Part shown: positions 57,207-64,000 of the stretch, piece after piece
Layout of the letters: each line of letters opens with the position of its first letter
Numbering within the stretch: position 1 is the first letter of the stretch
Assembly (NCBI GenBank): GCA_964016885.1
Contig: OZ024754.1
Coordinates: forward strand, 27,962,001 to 28,026,000
Length of the DNA: 64,000 bases
Source: Eledone cirrhosa
Taxonomy: Eukaryota
Direction: 5' to 3'
Position numbers and translations under genes: made by a program
Notes under the pieces: model-generated
What the model saw: only the letters and a program-made list of their open reading frames with translations
Told to the model about the DNA's origin: nothing
Database searches by the model: none

Positions 57207-59376
57207 TCCCCATCCCCCCACTCTCAAGCATAAACCTAATACTAACACTTTCTACTGCACTGTTCATTATTGTTTTTGTTTTAACACATATATATATATA
57301 TATATAACAAAATTTAATATAGAAATGGCTTCTACAGGACTAGAACTGTTTTGTTTGAAGGAAATTTTGTTGTATATACTTTACTACTGTATTGAGTACT
57401 TTACTTACTGTGGTTACCCCTGAGTGAACCCAGGACTCATATATATATATATAAGTTAACGAGATATCGTTTAAGGTAATCCAAGTAACGGTTATGAGTA
57501 CTCTATATCGAGGATAGTTTTAACGTTTGACATTGTTTGACTCAAGAAGTTCCCTTAGTCGGGTGGCTGATTCAAGACAGTTCCCAGGTAAGGTGTTCTT
57601 GAAGTAATAATAGTAAATGAGTGAAGAATAACATGGGTTGGCTGTACAATAGGGTTGATTTAAAGTATTACCAATTGTTTCATTAGTCGAGTGTGTCTAA
57701 AAATCGCTGTTCATAAGATTTTAATTACACTCAATATTAATTACAGTCAATAGCCGACCAAATCTTCAGAATACTGATCTGTATTTATAGAAACATGAAA
57801 AAATAACAAGAATAAAAGCAATAATAATGATAATAATAATAAGAGGGAGGTGCAGTGATGAGGGGGATACTGGGATAGAGGCATAAAACATAGTAATAAT
57901 AATAATAACATGGAAAAAACATAAGAAAAGTGGTATGAAAAGACGATACCATAAGGAAGATAATATATAAAAATTAAGGTAACTTGACAGTGTAATAAAG
58001 TGGGATGAGATGAAACAGCGAAATATAACATAAAAAGATAATAATAACAGATGGGTAATTAGGATTGGGGTATTTTGAACAGTAGATTGATGGTAATGTT
58101 TGTTATATAGAGTGCTGAGTGTGAGAGGGTGTGTCTATAAAGAAAGGGTACTCAATCGCTGAGGGAACATCAGTTGATCTTACATTCGATTGGTCAAAAG
58201 TTCATTATTTTGCTTACTATTGGTAAATGTAGGAAGCCTTCGCCCGTACGTGGCTGATCGTTAATCGTAGTAAGGAGGTGTAAAATTCGTCCACTGGCAC
58301 CAGCATTGTAGACGTTTTAAATCCGGAGAGTTGTGTTGTTTATAAGGATAATGAGGTTGCTGGATCGAATCTTGTTTATCTCAGTTTGTAATTAGAAAAT
58401 TTACTAGCGGCTTTATGCCTACAGAAAACTGTCCGCTCAATTGTATCAAATGCCTACATGAATGGGATGTCCCAATGTGGACTCTGCAATATGGAATTAC
58501 TCCATATTCTGCAATATAATAAAACACTGCTTAACAGCAAAATCGAGCGGACAATTTGATTGTTTTAATGAGTTTATATGTACTTAAAGAGTGTAGGAGA
58601 GGTATTTAAAAAAAAAATAATAATAATAATAATGAAATTATTGTGTAAAGTGCTCAGGTGCACTACAACTCGTCAAAGGTGCATGTATAGTACATAGAAT
58701 AATATACAAATGTCAGGGAAGTGAATAGTGTATGAGTCATGATATACATGTGTGTATGTGTATGGAGGGGGAATATTAGGTGGTGTTGGCGAATCTCAAG
58801 GCTTAAACTATGAAAACAATGGTTGTCTTTATGGTCTCTCTATATCGCGGATTTTCATTTATCGCCGTTGGTTCTGGAACGTATCCCTCGTGATAAACAG
58901 GGGATACTGAATATATATATATTTTATCATGGCACCAGCACCAGAGGGGCTTCATATCTCCAACACAAATGGAGTGTCCTGCCAACCCTTTGTTTGGCAA
59001 GATTTCTGTGGCTGGATGCCCATCCTATCACCAACTACTTTACAGTGTGTACTGAATGCATTTCTCATGTAGATCACCAATATTAGAGAGGCTATTGTAT
59101 GACTGACACAACTGGAGGGTCCTCTCAGCTCTTTTAGGCATGGTGTTAACAGTGGGATGCCCTTCCTGTTGCCATCCAGCTTTACAGAGTGTACCAGGTG
59201 CATGTTTATGGCACTGTTACAAAAGAGGTTGTTGATCATAGTCCCAACTGAAGAGCCCTCACTGCTCTGGCACCAGCACTACCACTTTACATGTTGGAGT
59301 GATGCATTTTATCATGGCATTAGTCAGAAAGTGTAACAATGACTAAATGGCTCAGAAAGAACAGTTATAAACTTAC

Positions 59377-59490
59377 AAATCTCTTGCTTAGTTTAGCATC
59401 TTTTGCACTGATTCTACAGAACTTAATGGTGGGATATTCCTGACAGAGACATGCTAGGCAACCATCCATAGATTCACAGGCTTCACTGTT
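59377..59490 (-). CDS. PDCL: Phosducin-like protein 1 exon
   Basis: atttcag / gtaagt sites; 114 nt; NSEACESMDGCLACLCQEYPTIKFCRISAKDAKLSKRF (human EAMNGCMICLAAEYPAVKFCKV). Confidence 0.93.
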
Positions 59491-60244
59491 CTGAAATAGA
59501 AAAATAAATCAAGAAATTAGCAATGTTTTTATGTCTCCATATTTCCATATTGGTATGGGCTGGAGGAAGCTGTTTTGAGGCAGGTTTTTCTATGGCTGAA
59601 TGATCTCCCTAATGTGTTTAAGGTATGTAGGACACCAAGTCAGAGAGAGAGAGGGGGTTGGAGCAAAAACAGGCAGACAGACAGATAGATAGTGACATAG
59701 TAAATGGAGAAGAGAAACAGCAAGTAAGAGAGAGAAAGTAAACAGAGAAAGAGAATCATATAGAGACAGACAGAGTGAAAGAATAGTAAGAGTAAAAGAG
59801 AGAGAGAGAGACAGAGTGAAGAGAAGAGTAAGAGTGAAAGGGAAGACAGAGAATCAGTCAAACGCTACCTGATGGTACCTAACGAACAGAACTGTAATAG
59901 TGTGAAACAAAACGATAACCACACTAACTGCAGACGTGGGCCATCACCAGTTTCCTCAGATCGGAGAGATAAAGAGTTAACTCCCTTTGTTCGCAGGTGA
60001 AACACCATTCTGACTTAGCTGTAGTCGGTCACCCTCTCCCCTTCCACTTTCTTTCTTCCTTTGTCTAGTAGTCCTTACTCCCCCCCCCCCCCTTAATGCT
60101 ATTTATAGCTGCTTTCTTTTTCTGTATGCTTAACGAAATAAAACTTCTCGTTGAGAAAGTTATCGAAAAATAATATTAACATAAAAAAACGTAACTAAAT
60201 GTTGCAATACATTCTGTCCGACGCTCTTACGATTTTGTCAGTCT

Positions 60245-60418
60245 AATAATAATTGTTTCTACTTTAGGCACAAGGCCAGCAATTACCCAGTGCATTACTG
60301 GTACTTTATTTTATCGACCCCGTAAGGATGAAAGGCAAAGTCAACCTCGGCGGGATTTGAACTCAGATCGTAAAGGGACGTAACTATGATGGAAAGCATG
60401 GCGTCCGACCCTCTACCG
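60245..60418 (-). mobile_element. SINE A in PDCL intron
   Basis: Reverse complement of 663-847. Confidence 0.8.
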
Positions 60419-61042
60419 AAACAAGGTCAGTGGTTGTAAGGTGAGCAGAAAGTCTATTTCATCAAACACACTACTTGACTTTATCGACCCCCGGGAAAGA
60501 TGGCTTCGGTAGGATTTGAATTAGAATGTCGAGATTCGTAACTAAATATCGCAATGTTATCATTAATATATACTTCTCCCCGATATACCATGTGTAACCA
60601 TTATACAGTCGCCTAAATATGGACGGGTTATCCTACGGGAAGATCTAATGTATATATTTAAAAAACATACGAAGGGAAGTAACTCATAGTTGATTGTAAG
60701 GTCGTTTACGCATACTGCTAGAAATAACAGCCAAATCTCCATCATATCACACCGTATTGTCTAAAAATTATGAAAGACATATCGGATACAGTAGTAGTAG
60801 AGAGGACACTCACCACTGGAAAGGACTGACATAGGGTTAAACAACATTATAGCCAAATGAAATCTTCAAACAGCTTTGAAAAATAGGAATTTGGAAGTAT
60901 TTAGTAATATAATTTTTTTATTATTAAGTATGTTTGGAACATAACTCAACAAATGTTCTTACATAAATTATGATATAAGGCTTTTAGATAAATAAAAAAA
61001 CATTAACCCTTTCGTTACATTATTTCGAATTAGACAGCTTCT

Positions 61043-61560
61043 GCTACCTAGGTGACCAAATTAGAGGTGGAGGTGGGTGTTCTGAAAGTACAGTAACCAG
61101 GGTAAGAACGAGATGGAAGAAGTTCAGGGAGCTACTACCACTGCTAGCTGCAAAATGAAAGGCAGACATACGAACAGCAATGTTACATGGTAGTGAGACC
61201 TGGGAGCTGAGTGTAGAAGACTTGCGTAGATCAGAAAGAAACGAAGCTTGCATACTCCGATGGATGTGTAATAGAAATATACGCAAACGACAAAGCATAA
61301 ACGAATTGAGAGAGAGACTGAGCATAAGAGGAATCAAATGCTGTGTACAGGAGAGGAGGTTGCATTGGTATGAACATGTGATGTGTATGAAGGATGACTG
61401 ACAACTACATAAAAAGGTGCAGAGCACTAGAAGTTGATGGAAGCCATGGAGTGGGGAGAACCAAGAAGTCCTAGGATGAGGTGATAAAAGCTGACCTTGC
61501 CCAATTGCACCTCTCAGAGGCGATGACCGTGACATCTAGCGTCATGCAGTAATACAGAAG
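61043..61560 (+). mobile_element. Decayed RTE 3' fragment in PDCL intron
   Basis: YLGDQI, WKKFRELLPLL, MLHGSETW, RRLHWYEHV. Confidence 0.8.
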
Positions 61561-62324
61561 AGCTGACTTCCCACGGGAACAAATAGAAGCTGAAGCATAT
61601 AGACAATATGCCACCACCCCCACCCACTGTAAAGTAGGCGCCACAGAAAAAAAGCACCCAGCACTCACTGTAAATGAGGTTGGTGTTAGGAAGGGCATCC
61701 AGTTGTAGAAATTAAGCCAAAATCAGTTGATCATATGAGCAAAACAAGGTCACCTAACCTGGCATTGCTCACAACAGGACAACCTATCTAACCCATGCTA
61801 GCGTGGAAGAATGGACATAAAATGGTGATGATTATGATGATGATGAAACACAGTTTATGGTTGGCAAATGATTTTGAAAATATTCAAGACTTTCAAGGTA
61901 TTTAGTAATATAACTAACTTTCTCATTATTAAGCTGGTGTTTGGAAAATATATTTCCCTATTCTTTCTTTCCTTTTTTTTTTCCCCTTCTTTTTTATTAT
62001 TTCTATATTGAAAATAAACATGTATATTTAGAAAGAGTTCTTACATAAAATTGTGATAAAGGTTTTTAGATAAATACAGAAACTTTTGTTATCATATTTC
62101 TAATGGAAAAACACTGCTGATAATTTTCAAATAATTTTGAAAATAATCATATAGTGGTTGGAACAAATCTTGGAACAATACAAATTACATATAATTATGA
62201 TAGAAGGTTATTATCATAAGATAACTATAAACACTTAAAAACAAAGTTTTGTACCAACAAACCAGAGTCAGCATCAGGTGGGTTGCTGTCAAAAGGGTTA
62301 TATTTTCAATGAAAGACACTGATT

Positions 62325-62795
62325 CATCATCATCATCATCGTTTTTAACATCCTCTTTTCCACGCTTGCATGGGTTGGACAGGTCCTCAACATGGCTTCT
62401 CTCCACATGTCGAAATCCTTTGTCATTGCCTCTGTGAGTTTCAGTGATTTGAAATCATCTCTCACAACTTCTTCTCCCGAGGTCATTTTTGCTCAACCTC
62501 TACCACAGCTTTCTTCCACTGGCATTTCCTGGCACTTTTTCAGCCAGCGATCATTGTCAATGCATATCATAAGTCCAATCTAGCGCAGTCTTCTTTCCTG
62601 CACACCGCTTCAGATTCCTCTTAAACCCAGCTTCTCCTTCAACTCGTCCAAGCTCTGCCTTTCTCTCACATTTACATAGCACATCAAATGGAGCATGGTT
62701 GCTTCATTTCTCTCCAGTCTAAACATGTCCTCTGCAATTACAGCTCATGTTTCACAACCATGCAGCATCACACTTCACACACAGGCGTCATAGTC
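62325..62795 (-). mobile_element. Decayed RTE 3' fragment with (TGA)n tail in PDCL intron
   Basis: Reverse complement resembles 54450-54910; tail acccatgcaagcgtggaaaagaggatgttaaaaacgatgatgat. Confidence 0.75.
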
Positions 62796-63007
62796 ATTCT
62801 TTTGCATGTATATAATTTTCAAATAATTTTGAAAATAATCAATAACTTGGAGGGTCCAATACCTCATTATCAAGCTGGGGTTTGGAACATAAATGTTCAT
62901 ACATATTATAGTACAAGGTTTTTAGATAAATATAAACACACTTCAACAAACAGTTTTATATTGTAGAATCAGAGGCAATTTCATATAAAAAAAGATTATT
63001 GTCTTAC

Positions 63008-63110
63008 CTTCTCAAATATATGTACAATAATTGTGACACAGGGATTTTCCTTGTCAATAGAATCAACAAAATTGGTTGATGCCAAGTTAATCACTTTTCC
63101 AAACTTTGGT
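63008..63110 (-). CDS. PDCL: Phosducin-like protein 1 exon, start of thioredoxin-like domain
   Basis: tatctag / gtaaga splice sites; 103 nt, phase fits the previous exon; IPKFGKVINLASTNFVDSIDKENPCVTIIVHIFEK. Confidence 0.93.
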
Positions 63111-63539
63111 CTAGATAAAAACAGACAATAAAATAATAATTATTATCATTATAAAGTAATTAGAGAGAAGTATGAATATTTATAAGATATAAATATATAT
63201 TTATACACTTGGGTTATATATTACATTATGTGTACATGTATATGAATACATAATAAATATATATATATATATATATAAACTTCGAAGTTAATAAATATGA
63301 ATGGACTTTGAATGATGGAAGAGTTAAAGATTTTTACATACTTGGATTCAGGCAACGGATTGAGATGAAATGATATATATATATATCATCATTTCATTTT
63401 ACGTCCGCTTTTTCCCTGCTTGCAAGGGTATATATATATAAATATGTATACACACATATATAATTATGATATAGCTATATATACATACAACCATATGTAT
63501 GTATATATATAATTATGATGTAACTATATATATACTCAC

Positions 63540-63679
63540 ATATTATCTAGCTGTTTTCTCATATCTTCTAATCTCCTCCTCCGGTACTCTTTGATAAACT
63601 CGTCCTCTAAGTCTTCCAATTCTTTCTCAATATCTTGCATAAATCTATTATCTTTCTCCTTCTCTTTCTCATCATCTAG
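63540..63679 (-). CDS. PDCL: Phosducin-like protein 1, internal coding exon (first one in window; upstream exons lie beyond 64000)
   Basis: ttccttag acceptor, gtgagt donor; 140 nt; LDDEKEKEKDNRFMQDIEKELEDLEDEFIKEYRRRRLEDMRKQLDN matches the PhLP1 acidic helix (human ...DEEFLQQYRKQRMEEMRQQL). Confidence 0.92.
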
Positions 63680-63796
63680 CTAAGGAAGAAAATACAGACA
63701 TATATGGAAGATGATGATGATGGTATATATATATATATAACTTTCTTTCCTCTTTCCATTATAAAGCGTTTTTTACGTCTGTTTGTTGTCACCTAG

Positions 63797-63838
<42 letters not shown>

Positions 63839-64000
63839 CAAGGTAACAACCAACAGAGGTACAAAAAGTCTTATTAGTTTCACGCTTTATATTGGAAAGA
63901 GGAATGAAAGTTCGATGTGTCAGGCTTAAACTCTTCTTCAGGAGTACAGAGACAGGATCACAATGGAGTAACAGAAAGAATGTCCGGTAAAGACACAAAA

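Overview
AT-rich, microsatellite-saturated animal DNA; the SINE and microsatellite content suggests an octopod cephalopod (my inference, not checked). The only clear host gene is the 3' part of a phosducin-like protein 1 (PDCL/PhLP1) gene on the minus strand: five coding exons (63679 down to 55985) with canonical GT-AG sites and consistent phases. The rest is retroelement and repeat DNA. It includes Penelope-like elements (a near-intact RT+GIY-YIG copy at 3.0-4.7 kb and Naiad-type fragments at 30.3 and 45-47 kb) and R4/Dong-clade restriction-like-endonuclease LINEs in (CATA)n tracts. It also holds RTE LINEs (one with a PHD finger inside the RT), a non-autonomous RTE-like element with an (ATGT)n tail, tRNA-type SINEs, Helitron ends and minisatellites. 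The most notable signal is a set of short non-coding fold-back elements in (TA)n tracts that carry recognisable type I hammerhead ribozyme cores from at least five unrelated sequence families. In several of them the fold-back begins at a ribozyme stem. Most ORFs in the supplied track are microsatellite artefacts.
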